This document shows positions 45,804-57,932 of a stretch of 64,000 nucleotides of DNA, one piece after another. Position 1 is the first letter of the stretch. Each line of letters opens with the position of its first letter. The translations under genes and the position numbers were made by a program. A model generated the notes under the pieces. That model was not told the origin of the DNA and made no database searches. It saw nothing but the letters and a program-made list of their open reading frames with translations. The DNA comes from Candidatus Bipolaricaulia bacterium (lineage in GTDB: Bacteria > Bipolaricaulota > Bipolaricaulia > RBG-16-55-9), in contig JBDGQO010000013.1 of assembly GCA_042219045.1 (NCBI GenBank), positions 17,348 through 81,347 on the forward strand. The letters run 5' to 3'.

Positions 45804-47114
45804 ATGGCTGAGACCATTGAGATCACGATTCCCGACCTGGGCGAATCCGTCAGTGAGGGGACGATTGCCAACTGGCTCAAAAGCGACGGCGAGGTCGTCC
45901 AGGCCGACGACGCGTTGTTAGAGCTCGAAACGGACAAGGCCGTCATGGAGATTCCGGCGGAATCCGGGGGGCGCCTGGAGATCGTCGTCGAGGAGGGCGA
46001 GACCGTCGCCGTCGGCGACGTCGTGGCCAAAGTCCATCCGGGCGAAGCCGCGGAACAGTCGGCCGAGGCGCCCGTGTCCGAGGACGGCGGAGAGCAGCAG
46101 ATGGGGGAGTCCGAAGCCGATCGCCCCGCAGCTCAGTCGGAAGCGCCCGCCTCGTCCGAGACGACTGAAGGCACCACCGCGGACGAGCCGACGTTGAGCC
46201 CGGCGGTGCAGAAGCTCGTCGAGGAACATGACCTCGATCCCGCCCAGATCGAGGGAACGGGCAAGGGCGGTCGGCTCACCAAGGCGGACGTGCTCAGTCA
46301 CCTCGAATCGGCCGATGGCCCCACCACGACCGAAGCTGAGTCGACCCCCGAGGCAAGCCCCGCTGCGCCGACGCCATCCCAACCCTCGCCAACGAAGCGC
46401 GAGGTGAGCGACGAGGCCGAGGTTCGGCGCGAGCCGATGAGCGGGCTGCGACAGCGCGTCGCCGAGCGCCTCGTCGAGGCCCAGCAAGAGGCCGCCGCGC
46501 TGACGACGTTCAACGACGTCGACATGTCCCATATCATGGAGATGCGCAAGCAGTACCGCGACTCGTTCGAGCAGCGCTACGGCGTGCGGCTGGGGTTCAT
46601 GTCGTTCTTCGCCAAGGCCTGCACTCTGGCGCTGGAGGAGATTCCCGAGCTGAACGCGTCCGTGGACGGGACCGACATCGTCTACCACAAGCACGTCCAC
46701 ATGGGGATCGCCGTCTCGACCGATCGCGGGCTCTTGGTGCCCGTCATCAAGTACGCCGACACGTTGAAGTTCCACGAGCTCGAAGCCCAGATCGGCGAGT
46801 TGGCCCAGAAGGCCCGCGACAAGAAGATCACGCCGGATGAGCTCTCCGGCGGGACGTTCTCCATCACCAACGGCGGCGTGTTCGGCTCGCTGATGGCGAC
46901 GCCCTTGCTGAACCCGCCCCAATCCGGCATTCTCGGCATGCATCGCATCGAAGAACGCCCCGTGGCGGTGAACGGCCAAGTGGAGGTTCGGCCGATGATG
47001 TACGTCGCGCTCTCCTACGATCATCGCATCGTCGACGGCCGCGAGTCCGTGACGTTCCTGCGGCGCGTCAAGGAATACATCGAGGATCCCCGACGGCTCG
47101 TCATCGAGGTTTAA
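45804..47114 (+). CDS. sucB: Dihydrolipoamide succinyltransferase E2
   Basis: Lipoyl motif [39 protein letters not shown]. Confidence 0.96.
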   Translation: MAETIEITIPDLGESVSEGTIANWLKSDGEVVQADDALLELETDKAVMEIPAESGGRLEIVVEEGETVAVGDVVAKVHPGEAAEQSAEAPVSEDGGEQQMGESEADRPAAQSEAPASSETTEGTTADEPTLSPAVQKLVEEHDLDPAQIEGTGKGGRLTKADVLSHLESADGPTTTEAESTPEASPAAPTPSQPSPTKREVSDEAEVRREPMSGLRQRVAERLVEAQQEAAALTTFNDVDMSHIMEMRKQYRDSFEQRYGVRLGFMSFFAKACTLALEEIPELNASVDGTDIVYHKHVHMGIAVSTDRGLLVPVIKYADTLKFHELEAQIGELAQKARDKKITPDELSGGTFSITNGGVFGSLMATPLLNPPQSGILGMHRIEERPVAVNGQVEVRPMMYVALSYDHRIVDGRESVTFLRRVKEYIEDPRRLVIEV

Positions 47115-47120
47115 AGATCC

Positions 47121-48527
47121 ATGGCTGCGAACCCGCGTTACGATCTGGTCGTCATTGGCGCCGGCCCGGGCGGCTACGTCGCGGCCATTCGCGCGGCGCA
47201 GCTCGGCATGAGCGTGGCCTGCGTCGAAAAGGAAGCCTCGCTCGGCGGCACGTGCCTGCGCGTCGGCTGCATTCCCTCAAAGGCGCTGCTGGATTCCAGC
47301 GAATATTTTTCATTGGCCCAGCACCAATTCGTCGACCACGGCATCAAGCTCGACGGCCTCGAGATCGACGTTCCGGCAATGATTCGGCGCAAGGACAAGG
47401 TCGTCAAGGGCTTAACCCAGGGGGTCGCCGGGCTGTTCAAAAAGCACAAGGTCGAACGCCTGAACGGGACGGCCCGCTTGACGGGCCCCGATACCGTCGA
47501 CATCGACGGCGAGGACGCGGGAACCGTCGAGGCAGACCGCGTCCTCGTTGCCACGGGATCGTCTCCAGCTGATTTGGACGTTCTCCCCTTCGACGGCGAA
47601 CGGGTCATCACCTCCGCCGATGCCCTGGAGCTCGACGATGTTCCGGAGCGGATGTTGGTGGTCGGCGGCGGCTACATCGGTCTGGAGATGGGCTCGGTCT
47701 GGTCACGACTCGGCAGCAACGTGATCGTGGCGGAAATGCTGGATCAGATCCTGCCAGGCATCGATCCCGACCTCACGGGCCCGCTCCACAAGGCGCTCAA
47801 GAAACAGGGGTTGGATATTCGACCCCGCACCAAGGCCAGCGACGCCACGGTCCACGACGAGGGCGTCGAGGTGACGTTGGAGACCGAGGACGGCGGATCT
47901 CAGACCGAGACCGTCGACAAGGCACTGGTCGCGGTCGGCCGACGGCCGCACACCGACGGGCTCGGGCTGAACGACGTCGGCGTCGAACTCGATGACGACG
48001 GCCACATCGTGGTCGATGAGCACTATCGGACCTCGATTGAGGGCGTCCATGCGATCGGCGACGTTATCAACCGTGGCCCGATGCTTGCCCATGTGGCCCA
48101 GGAAGAGGGCATCGCGTGCGCCGAGCGCATCGCCGGCCAAGCCGGCCGTGTCAACTACGAAGCGCTTCCCGCCGCCGTCTACACCAACCCCGAAATGGCC
48201 TGGGTCGGCAAGTTCGAGTCAGAGTGCGAGGACGAGGGCATTGACGTCAACACGGGGACATTCCCGTTCCAGGCCAACGGGCGGGCTCAGGCGTTCGGCG
48301 AATCGACCGGCCTCGTCAAGGTCGTTGCCCACGCCGAGACCGATCAAGTCCTCGGCGTCGGCGTTCTCGGTCCGCGAGCGTCCGACATCATCTCGGAGTG
48401 CGTTGTCGCGATGGAGTTCGGCGCCAGCGCGGAGGACATCGCCCGCACCTGCCACGCCCATCCGACCTTCCCTGAAGCCATCAAGGAAGCGGCCTTGGAC
48501 GTCGACGGGCGCGTCATCCACATGTAG
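47121..48527 (+). CDS. lpdA: Dihydrolipoamide dehydrogenase E3
   Basis: GAGPGGY, GGTCLRVGCIPSK, GGGYIGLE, HAHPT. Confidence 0.97.
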   Translation: MAANPRYDLVVIGAGPGGYVAAIRAAQLGMSVACVEKEASLGGTCLRVGCIPSKALLDSSEYFSLAQHQFVDHGIKLDGLEIDVPAMIRRKDKVVKGLTQGVAGLFKKHKVERLNGTARLTGPDTVDIDGEDAGTVEADRVLVATGSSPADLDVLPFDGERVITSADALELDDVPERMLVVGGGYIGLEMGSVWSRLGSNVIVAEMLDQILPGIDPDLTGPLHKALKKQGLDIRPRTKASDATVHDEGVEVTLETEDGGSQTETVDKALVAVGRRPHTDGLGLNDVGVELDDDGHIVVDEHYRTSIEGVHAIGDVINRGPMLAHVAQEEGIACAERIAGQAGRVNYEALPAAVYTNPEMAWVGKFESECEDEGIDVNTGTFPFQANGRAQAFGESTGLVKVVAHAETDQVLGVGVLGPRASDIISECVVAMEFGASAEDIARTCHAHPTFPEAIKEAALDVDGRVIHM

Positions 48528-48563
48528 CCCTGGCCGATCTCAGCGAGTGAATTCAGACGCGCC

Positions 48564-48989
48564 TTACGGGGATTCCAGTGCCCGTCGCAACGGATCGGGC
48601 AAGGGGCATGCCGATTCGCTTTCCAGGTCGACGGCGCACCACGTCACGCGCCCATTCCCCGCCAACTCCCCATCGTCTCGGATCACATCGAAGCTGAGCG
48701 TCGCCGATGAGCGCCCGACCCGCTCGACGCCGACATGGATCTCGACGGCATCGTCGTGGGTCAGCGCGGCGCGATAGTTGGCCTCCACGTGGACACGGGG
48801 GAGATTGACTCGTTCGTCGATGAGATCGTTCAGCGTCAGTCCATGTGAGCGGAGAAATTCCTGCTCGGCGTACTCAAACCACCGGAACATCGCCGTGAAG
48901 TGGATTCGACCCGAAGCATCGGTGTCGGCCCAGCGGACGCGGTCGCGGTGTCGGAAGACGGGGTCGGTTTCCATGGACAACCTCGCCAT
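48564..48989 (-). CDS. Acyl-CoA thioesterase (4HBT/YbgC hotdog family)
   Basis: RVRWADTDASGRIHF, VGRSS; start overlaps the upstream stop (alternative start 48974). Confidence 0.85.
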   Translation of the reverse strand: MARLSMETDPVFRHRDRVRWADTDASGRIHFTAMFRWFEYAEQEFLRSHGLTLNDLIDERVNLPRVHVEANYRAALTHDDAVEIHVGVERVGRSSATLSFDVIRDDGELAGNGRVTWCAVDLESESACPLPDPLRRALESP

Positions 48990-49843
48990 TAAGCTGCTCC
49001 ACGATGCTGGGCCATGGTGCCGAGCGCCTCCAAGACGAGCCGAGCCCCCGCGACGCTCGTGACGTTCGCTCGATCCAGCAGCGGGTTGACCTCCACGAGA
49101 TCCATGCCCACGATATGGACATCTAGCCCTTGGACGAGGTCGATCAGGGCTCGCGAGCTGAGGCCCCCTGGCACCGGATTCCCCACCCCCGGCGCAAACG
49201 CGGGATCGAGCACGTCGATATCCAGGCTGAGATAGACGGGCTTGGACGTCTCGTAGCGGAACGGCGCAATCTCCCCGACGGAGAACGTCTTGATCCCGTG
49301 CTGATCGGCGATCTCCCGTTGTTCCGGCGTCCAGGCGCGCACGCCGGCCTGGGTAATCCGATCCCCCGTCATGCCGTCCATGTCGAGAATCCGAGCGACC
49401 ACGCACGCGTGCGAGAACGGGTCGCCTCCAAACTCGGTATAGAGATCGGGATGGGCGTCCAGATAGAGCATCTGGACGTCGGGATAGCGCTCGAGCGCCG
49501 CGTTGAAGCTGGGCACGGTGACGCTGTGATCCCCGCCCAGCACGATCGGCATCGTGCCATCATTCATGGCGCGAGCCACGGTCGACGCGATCTGGGAACG
49601 GGTCGAGTCGGCATCGCGCGACAGCGAGAGATCGCCCTGATCGACTGCGTTCAGACGGGCAAGGTCCGTGCCGCGCTCGGTACAGGGATTGAGCGACGCC
49701 GCCATCTCGCGGATCGCTGCCGGGCCGAGATGCGCACCGGCCCGGAACGAGCTAGCGCGATCCTGGGGAATCCCGATCAGCGCATGAGCGCCCGGCTCGT
49801 CGGTCGATGGGCCGAAGACGCCATTGAACGAAGCCGAGGCCAT
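48989..49843 (-). CDS. speB: Agmatinase / ureohydrolase family
   Basis: GPAAIR, GGDHS, DAHPD, SHAC, SLDIDVLDPAFAPG, DLVEVNP; substrate not certain. Confidence 0.75.
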   Translation of the reverse strand: MASASFNGVFGPSTDEPGAHALIGIPQDRASSFRAGAHLGPAAIREMAASLNPCTERGTDLARLNAVDQGDLSLSRDADSTRSQIASTVARAMNDGTMPIVLGGDHSVTVPSFNAALERYPDVQMLYLDAHPDLYTEFGGDPFSHACVVARILDMDGMTGDRITQAGVRAWTPEQREIADQHGIKTFSVGEIAPFRYETSKPVYLSLDIDVLDPAFAPGVGNPVPGGLSSRALIDLVQGLDVHIVGMDLVEVNPLLDRANVTSVAGARLVLEALGTMAQHRGAA

Positions 49844-49918
49844 GACGCGGCAAAGATACTCGCTAAGGGGATTGATCACAACCGATGGATTTGAGAAGGA
49901 CTGGCAACTTTGCTAACA

Positions 49919-50662
49919 ATGGAGGCCATGGAACTGACCACCCTGGGCACCGGCGGCGCACTGTCGCCGTCGGGCCGTGCCCAGAGCGGTTTGCTCATTG
50001 AAGACGACGGCCACGCGCTGCTTGTCGACTGCGGCAGCGGCATCCTGATGCGCCTCGACGAAGCGAACGTCGACATCGGCAAGCTGGACACGGTCTTGCT
50101 GACGCACTGCCATCTCGACCACATGAGCGATCTGCTCCCGTTGATCACGGCCCGATGGCTGTCGGGCCATACCAACACGACAATCTATGGCCCCGGCAAC
50201 ACCGAGGGCGTGATCCGGCAAGTCCTGAAACACTACGACTACGTCGACAAGAACGTCTCGTTGGCGATCGTCGAGGTCCAAGGGGACGAATCGTTCCATG
50301 CGAACGGATTCAAGGTCGACACGCTCCAGACCGAACACGGCATTCCGTCCCGGGCCTACAAGGTCAACGAGCGCCTGGCCATCTCCGGCGACACCGAGCC
50401 CATTGCTGACATGGCGACGTTCAGCCAGAACTGCGATCTCTTGGTCCACGAATGCTCGTTCCCCGACGGCCACGATCCCGGCCACCACACGAGGCCGGCC
50501 GATCTCGGCTCGTTGCTGGCGGACAGTGGCGTCGAGCGCGTCGTGATGACGCACTTTTATCCTTCGGTCATTGGCAACGAGGCCGAGATGACCGCGTCCG
50601 TTCAGGCCTTCTATCGGGGCGAGGTCCACCTCGCCGACGATCTCAACCGCTGGTCCATCTAA
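49919..50662 (+). CDS. MBL-fold metallo-hydrolase (RNase Z-like)
   Basis: LGTGG, VDCGSG, THCHLDH, SGDT, HECS, HT, THFYP; start uncertain (49919 or 49928). Confidence 0.85.
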   Translation: MEAMELTTLGTGGALSPSGRAQSGLLIEDDGHALLVDCGSGILMRLDEANVDIGKLDTVLLTHCHLDHMSDLLPLITARWLSGHTNTTIYGPGNTEGVIRQVLKHYDYVDKNVSLAIVEVQGDESFHANGFKVDTLQTEHGIPSRAYKVNERLAISGDTEPIADMATFSQNCDLLVHECSFPDGHDPGHHTRPADLGSLLADSGVERVVMTHFYPSVIGNEAEMTASVQAFYRGEVHLADDLNRWSI

Positions 50663-50687
50663 GCTTCGCCGATCAAGGAGGCCAATA

Positions 50688-51587
50688 ATGCTTCGACGCG
50701 TGATGCGCTGGGGACTGGTGAGCCTGCTTGGAGTCCTGACCTCGTTGTCCTTGGCGTCATCGCCGTTAGCTCAGTCGGAACCGACTTACCGTGTCACCGT
50801 TCAGACCGATATCGCCTACTACCGCGGGGCCGACTTCAATTCCCGGCGCCATGCGCTCGACGTGTATCAGCCGGCTGGCCTGAACGACGCCCCCGTGTTG
50901 ATCTTCGTGCACGGCGGCGGCTGGTCAACGGGCAACAAACAGATCTTCAGCTACATCGGACGGACGTTCGCCGAGCGAGGCTACGTCACGGTCGTTCCCA
51001 ACTACCGCCTCAGTCCGACCGTGCAGCACCCGGCCCATGTGCGCGACGTCGCCCGAGCTTATGCCTGGACGGTCGCCAACATCGGCCAGTATGGGGGCGA
51101 TCCCACGCGCGTTGTGCTGTCAGGCCACTCCGCCGGCGGCCACCTCGTCTCGCTCCTGACGGTCAACGAACGCTATCTTGCCGAGCAAAACCTTGACGGG
51201 AACGCCATTCAGGGCGTCATCAGCATCAGCGGGATCTACGACGTCACCTCGATCCCGCCCGGCATTCTGTCCAGCCCGGTCTTCACCTCGAGCAACGAAG
51301 CCCGGCGTGACGCCTCGCCCATCTTCCACGTCGACGAGGGCGAGCCGCCGTTCCGCTTGATGTACGCCCGGTTCGACCTTCCCACGTTGGACCGCCAGGC
51401 TCGGGAATTTCACACCCGCCTGAGATCCCTCGGTGTGGCATCCAACATCAGCCAGATCGACGGCCGATCACACGCGACGATCGTCCTGCAGATCGGCAAT
51501 CCGGGGGATCCGACCACTGAGGAGATGTTGGCGTTTCTCAAGGCTCGGACGCGCGAACCCGAAGTTATGGGGAGGGAGGCCGAATGA
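50688..51587 (+). CDS. Secreted alpha/beta hydrolase (carboxylesterase-like)
   Basis: Signal peptide, HGGGW, NYRLSP, GHSAGG nucleophile motif. Confidence 0.88.
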   Translation: MLRRVMRWGLVSLLGVLTSLSLASSPLAQSEPTYRVTVQTDIAYYRGADFNSRRHALDVYQPAGLNDAPVLIFVHGGGWSTGNKQIFSYIGRTFAERGYVTVVPNYRLSPTVQHPAHVRDVARAYAWTVANIGQYGGDPTRVVLSGHSAGGHLVSLLTVNERYLAEQNLDGNAIQGVISISGIYDVTSIPPGILSSPVFTSSNEARRDASPIFHVDEGEPPFRLMYARFDLPTLDRQAREFHTRLRSLGVASNISQIDGRSHATIVLQIGNPGDPTTEEMLAFLKARTREPEVMGREAE

Positions 51588-51943
51588 GCCAACAGCGCAT
51601 CGACCTAGCGGATTTTGACGCTTTCCGCGACCGGCTGCACGAGCGCATCCAGGACGAGGGCAACCTCCAGATCAACCGTTTTTTCAGCCTCGACAACCAG
51701 GCCTACCGCGAGGGCGCGCTTGACGTGAAGACAAAGGAGCTATTGGGGTTGGTCTCGTCGATGGTGCTGCGCTGCGACGACTGCATCACGTTCCACCTCA
51801 TGAACGCCCTGGAGGAAGGCGCCACGAACGAGGAACTGTTCGAGACGTTCAACATTGCTCTCGTCATTGGGGGGTCGATCGTGATCCCGCACTTGCGGCG
51901 AGCGGTCGACACGCTCGACCGGCTGCAGGAACAGCAAGCGTAG
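51584..51943 (+). CDS. Carboxymuconolactone decarboxylase / AhpD family protein
   Basis: GALDVKTKELLGL, RCDDCITFH, GGSIVIPH. Confidence 0.88.
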   Translation: MSQQRIDLADFDAFRDRLHERIQDEGNLQINRFFSLDNQAYREGALDVKTKELLGLVSSMVLRCDDCITFHLMNALEEGATNEELFETFNIALVIGGSIVIPHLRRAVDTLDRLQEQQA

Positions 51944-51952
51944 GTCGACGAC

Positions 51953-52360
51953 CTAAGGCTGGGCGTTTTCCTTGATGAATTCGATGATCTCGTCCGTGGA
52001 GACGCCGGGCCCGAACAGCGCCTGAACGCCGATCTCCTTCAACTCGGCTTCGTCCTCTTCGGGAATGATGCCCCCGCCCAACAGCACCACGTCGTCCATG
52101 CCGTACTGCTCCATCTGCTCGACGATGCGCGGGAAGAGGGTCATGTGCGCGCCCGACAGGATCGACACGCCGATGACGTCAACGTCCTCCTGGAGCGCCG
52201 CTTGCACGACCTGTTCCGGCGTGTTGTGCAACCCCGTGTAGATGACCTCCATGCCGGCATCACGCAACGCGCGCGCCACGACCTTGACGCCTCGGTCGTG
52301 GCCGTCGAGGCCGGCTTTGGCCATCAGAACGCGAATCTTGTTGGTTGCCGTCTGAGCCAT
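51953..52360 (-). CDS. Cobalamin-binding small subunit of acyl-CoA mutase
   Basis: GLDGHDRG (DxHxxG), [18 protein letters not shown]. Confidence 0.93.
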   Translation of the reverse strand: MAQTATNKIRVLMAKAGLDGHDRGVKVVARALRDAGMEVIYTGLHNTPEQVVQAALQEDVDVIGVSILSGAHMTLFPRIVEQMEQYGMDDVVLLGGGIIPEEDEAELKEIGVQALFGPGVSTDEIIEFIKENAQP

Positions 52361-52361
52361 G

Positions 52362-54038
<1,677 letters not shown>

Positions 54039-54063
54039 CGGGCATCCCTCCTCTGGTAACGCG

Positions 54064-54093
54064 ATTATAGGCAGCCGACGCCGCAGATGACAA
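54064..54093 (-). promoter_or_regulatory. Promoter for the mutase operon
   Basis: Minus strand TTGTCA-18 nt-TATAAT. Confidence 0.55.
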
Positions 54094-54191
54094 GGGTCCC
54101 GACAATGGGCGACGAACCGCAGCTACCGCGGTCCCCATCATCGAAGGAACATCCATCGAGCGCGCCTTACGTCCCACAGGGACCGGAAACC

Positions 54192-54220
54192 TTGACCATG
54201 CGCATGGGCCCCGCTATAGT
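54192..54220 (+). promoter_or_regulatory. Promoter for the tRNA gene
   Basis: TTGACC-17 nt-TATAGT, 11 nt before the tRNA. Confidence 0.65.
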
Positions 54221-54231
54221 GAATCCGTCGT

Positions 54232-54304
54232 GGGCCCATAGCTCAGGGGTCAGAGCAGCCGGCTCATAACCGGTCCGTCGCAGGTTCGAATCCTGCTGGG
54301 CCCA
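54232..54304 (+). tRNA. tRNA with CAT anticodon, most likely tRNA-Ile2 (lysidine); CCA not encoded
   Basis: Acceptor GGGCCCA/TGGGCCC+A, D arm GCTC/GAGC, anticodon arm GCCGG-CTCATAA-CCGGT, T arm GCAGG-TTCGAAT-CCTGC; followed by CCC. Confidence 0.92.
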
Positions 54305-54390
54305 CCCCTTCAACCGCGACGGTCGGGGCCGCCGTTGCGTGGCACGAGCGGCAACGGCTCAAGGGGGACGGCGGGTGGCAACGCCAGCTC

Positions 54391-54924
54391 ATGGATAAAC
54401 TGTTGATCAACCTCGACGGCGCGTCGCAGGGCAACCCGGGCGAAGCGTCGATCGGGGTAGTGATGGTCGACGAGCACGGCAACGTCATCGAGGAGATCGG
54501 GCGCTACATCGGCCGCGCAACGAACAACGTTGCCGAGTATCGCGCGCTGATCGACGCCGCCCAGGCTGCTCTAGAGTATATGCCCCAGAAGTCCGTCTTC
54601 TTCACAGATTCCCAACTCGTCGCCAATCAGATCAACGGGATCGCCCGCGTCCGCCAGCCCCATCTGGATCAACTCAACCGCGAGGCCCGATCGCTGTTGG
54701 AACGCCTCCCGCAATGGCAGGTCCGCTACGTGGAGCGCACGGCCAATTGGCATGCCCACCGACTGGCCCAGCAGGCGCTGTTGCAGCGCGAAGCCGAAGA
54801 GAGCCGCCAGTCCACGACGGTTGACCATATCGCCACGGTCGCGCGGCGGCTCGACGAGGTTGATCAGCACAAGGTCCTCAAGTACGCGCGGCGGCTGCTG
54901 GAAGGCGTGGAAAAGGCATCTTGA
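54391..54924 (+). CDS. Ribonuclease HI family protein with C-terminal extension
   Basis: DGASQGNPG, ATNNVAEY, TDSQLV. Confidence 0.85.
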   Translation: MDKLLINLDGASQGNPGEASIGVVMVDEHGNVIEEIGRYIGRATNNVAEYRALIDAAQAALEYMPQKSVFFTDSQLVANQINGIARVRQPHLDQLNREARSLLERLPQWQVRYVERTANWHAHRLAQQALLQREAEESRQSTTVDHIATVARRLDEVDQHKVLKYARRLLEGVEKAS

Positions 54925-55078
54925 TTGATCCCGATTGGGCTAAAGCATCGACGATGTAAGGCACCGACGGCACGTGGAGCCGATCGTCACTTTCCCATGG
55001 GCTTATTCCGTGTCGGAACCCCTTGTCGGTCCACGGAAGGGGCTAAACGGAGACGGATCCCGAACGCGACACCTTTCC

Positions 55079-55108
55079 TTGATGGCCGGAAAACCCGTCC
55101 GATATGAT
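55079..55108 (+). promoter_or_regulatory. Promoter for the valS operon
   Basis: TTGATG-18 nt-TATGAT. Confidence 0.5.
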
Positions 55109-55245
55109 GAGCAGGTTCCGTTCCGAGCCGCCATTGGCCACTGTCAAGGCGGAATTGAGTGATCAGCAGACGTCGACGAAACTCGTTGTGGCTGGATCAA
55201 CGCAATCGGACAGCAGCCGATAGCTTCCACTTGGGGTGAGCAAAC

Positions 55246-57900
55246 ATGACCCTGCCGAAGGCCTATGATCCAAGCGGTGTGGAGGAGAAGCAGTACGCGT
55301 TCTGGGAGTCGAAGGGCTACTTCCAAGGCGAGGTCGATTCGTCGAAGACGCCGTTTGCGATCGTCATTCCGCCCCCGAACGTCACGGGCGAGCTCCACAT
55401 CGGCCACGCGCTCAACAACACGCTCCAGGACGTCGTCATCCGCCACAAGCGCATGGAGGGCTATGCGGCGTGCTGGTTCCCCGGCACCGACCATGCCGGC
55501 ATCGCCACCCAGAACGTCGTAGAGAAACACATTTCCCAAGAGGAAGGCATGACGCGCCATGACTTGGGCCGAGACAAGTTCGTGGAGCGCGTCTGGGACT
55601 GGAAGGAGACGTATCTCAACCGCATTCGGGGCCAGTTGAAGGCGCTGGGAAGCTCGTGCGATTGGGAGCGCGAGCGCTTCACCCTGGATGAGGGGCTCTC
55701 CCATGCCGTCCGTGAGGTCTTCGTGCGGCTCTGGGAAGAGGGCAAAATTTATCAGGGCGAATACATCATCAACTGGTGCCCGCGTTGCCTGACGGCGCTG
55801 TCGGATCTGGAGGTCGAGCACGAGCAAACCCAAGGGGAGCTGTATCACATTCGCTACCCCCTCAAGGGCAGCGATGGGACGATCACGATCGCCACGACAC
55901 GGCCGGAGACGATGCTGGCCGACACGGGCGTGGCGGTCCATCCGGACGACGAGCGCCACGGCCAGCACGTGGGCAAGACCGTCGTGTTGCCGCTCATGGA
56001 GCGCGAGATCCCGGTCGTTGCGGATGAAGGCGTCGATCCCGAGTTCGGCACGGGCGCGCTCAAGATCACCCCGGCCCACGACCCGCTCGACCTCGAGATC
56101 GGCGAGCGCCACGGCATGGCCGTCATCGACATTTTCCACGACGACGCGAGCACCAACGAGCACGCCGGGCCGTATCAGGGACTGTCACGCGACGAGGCGC
56201 GCGAGCGCGTGGTCGCGGATCTTGAGGCCCAAGGATTGCTGGAAAGCGTCGAGGACTATGAGCTCGGCCTCGGCCAATGCCAGCGCTGCGACACGCCCGT
56301 GGAGCCGAAGATCTCCAACCAGTGGTTTGTCGAGATGGAAAGCCTAGCCAAGCCGGCCATCGAGGCCGTGCGCGACGGGCGCATCCAGTTTGTTCCCGAG
56401 CGCTGGCGCAAGGTCTACTTTGACTGGATGGAGAACATCCAGGACTGGTGCATCTCGCGCCAGCTCTGGTGGGGCCATCGCATCCCGGCCTGGCACTGCG
56501 ACGACTGCGCCGAAACCACGGTCTCACGCGAAACGCCGTCCGAATGTCGGGGCTGTGGCTCGTCCAACATCCACCAAGATGAAGACGTGCTCGACACCTG
56601 GTTCAGCTCGGCCCTCTGGCCGTTCTCCATCATGGGTTGGCCCGAGGAGACCGAGGATCTGGCCTACTTCTATCCCACGAAACTGTTGATCACCGCGCCG
56701 GACATCATCTTCTTCTGGGTCGCCCGCATGATCGTGATGGGCCTGCACTTCCGCGGCGAGGTCCCCTTCGAGCAGGTGCTGTTCAACCCGCTCGTCAAGG
56801 ACAAAAAGGGCCGCAAGATGAGCAAGTCGCTCGGCAACACGATCGACCCGCTGCAGATGAAGGACGAGTACGGCATGGACGCCGTGCGCTTCACGCTCGC
56901 CTCGGGCATGTCCAAAAGCCAGGATCTCAAGCTGGACGAGAACGACATCGACGGCGCGCGGCGCTTTTTGAACAAGATCTGGAACGCCTCACGCTTTGCG
57001 CTAATGCATCTCGAGGATTTCGAGGCCACGGACACGGATCTCCACAATCTGCCGCTCCAGCTCGAGGACCGCTGGATGCTGTCGTCGCTGGCCCGGACGA
57101 TCGAGACCGTGCGCTCCCACATGGCCAGCTACGACTTCAACGTCGTGGGCGAGACGCTCTACGACTTCGTCTGGCACGACGTCTGCGACTGGTATCTCGA
57201 GCTGATCAAGCCGCGCTTGAGTGAGGACGCCCATCCTGAGGACCGACGGGCGGCCCAGCGGGTGCTCCAGCTGACGCTGCGCGAGAGTTTGAAGCTTCTG
57301 CATCCCATGGTGCCCTTTATCACCGAGGAGCTCTGGCAGGTGCTGCCCGGCACCGATGCCGGTAGCGTCATGGTCGCGCCGTTCCCGACGCCTCGGGACG
57401 CGTGGCACGACACCGATGCCGAGCACGAGATGGGCACGCTCCAAGAGCTGATCACCGGCATCCGGACGCTGCGCAGCGAGCTGAAAGTGCCGCCCGAGAC
57501 CCAGCTCTCCGCGCTCGTGCGCACCGATGACGACGACCTCGACACGCTCTGTCGCGAGCACGCCCACTACTTCCGCACGCTGGCGCAGGTCGAGTCGCTG
57601 GAGACGGGCGCTGATCTGGAACGGCCGAGCTATGCGGCCCGGCGCGTGTTCGAGCGGGGCGAGGTGTTGCTGCCGCTGGAGGGCATCATCGACTTGGAAA
57701 AGCAGCGCAGCCTGCTCACGAGCGAACTGGAGGACGCCCGCTCGCAGCTGGAACGGACGCGCCGCAAGCTGGAGGACACCGACTTCCTGGAGAAGGCGCC
57801 GCGCGAGATCGTCGATCGCGAGAAGGCACGGGCCGAAGAGCTGTCGGCCAAGGTGGCCCGACTCGAGGAGAACCTGGCCTCGCTCGGGGCCGAATCCTGA
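55246..57900 (+). CDS. valS: Valine--tRNA ligase
   Basis: PPPNVTGELHIGH, DHAGIATQ, WCISRQLWWGHRIP, DTWFSS, KMSKS, C-terminal coiled coil. Confidence 0.98.
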   Translation: MTLPKAYDPSGVEEKQYAFWESKGYFQGEVDSSKTPFAIVIPPPNVTGELHIGHALNNTLQDVVIRHKRMEGYAACWFPGTDHAGIATQNVVEKHISQEEGMTRHDLGRDKFVERVWDWKETYLNRIRGQLKALGSSCDWERERFTLDEGLSHAVREVFVRLWEEGKIYQGEYIINWCPRCLTALSDLEVEHEQTQGELYHIRYPLKGSDGTITIATTRPETMLADTGVAVHPDDERHGQHVGKTVVLPLMEREIPVVADEGVDPEFGTGALKITPAHDPLDLEIGERHGMAVIDIFHDDASTNEHAGPYQGLSRDEARERVVADLEAQGLLESVEDYELGLGQCQRCDTPVEPKISNQWFVEMESLAKPAIEAVRDGRIQFVPERWRKVYFDWMENIQDWCISRQLWWGHRIPAWHCDDCAETTVSRETPSECRGCGSSNIHQDEDVLDTWFSSALWPFSIMGWPEETEDLAYFYPTKLLITAPDIIFFWVARMIVMGLHFRGEVPFEQVLFNPLVKDKKGRKMSKSLGNTIDPLQMKDEYGMDAVRFTLASGMSKSQDLKLDENDIDGARRFLNKIWNASRFALMHLEDFEATDTDLHNLPLQLEDRWMLSSLARTIETVRSHMASYDFNVVGETLYDFVWHDVCDWYLELIKPRLSEDAHPEDRRAAQRVLQLTLRESLKLLHPMVPFITEELWQVLPGTDAGSVMVAPFPTPRDAWHDTDAEHEMGTLQELITGIRTLRSELKVPPETQLSALVRTDDDDLDTLCREHAHYFRTLAQVESLETGADLERPSYAARRVFERGEVLLPLEGIIDLEKQRSLLTSELEDARSQLERTRRKLEDTDFLEKAPREIVDREKARAEELSAKVARLEENLASLGAES

Positions 57901-57932
57901 GCGCCGACCGCAGTAGGGGGAGGGACAAGAGA

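Noticed and set aside
43304-46030. Long antisense ORFs (also 36465-38216, 52359-54059, 14192-15577)
   Set aside because: These are shadow ORFs expected opposite real genes in high-GC DNA and carry no recognisable motifs
54232-54304. Initiator tRNA-fMet, or an integration site for a mobile element
   Set aside because: G1-C72 is paired and there is no GGG/CCC anticodon stem. I saw no integrase or duplicated tRNA 3' end. Elongator Met is not fully excluded
54925-55245. T-box riboswitch before valS
   Set aside because: No GGTGGNACC T-box sequence or terminator/antiterminator pair
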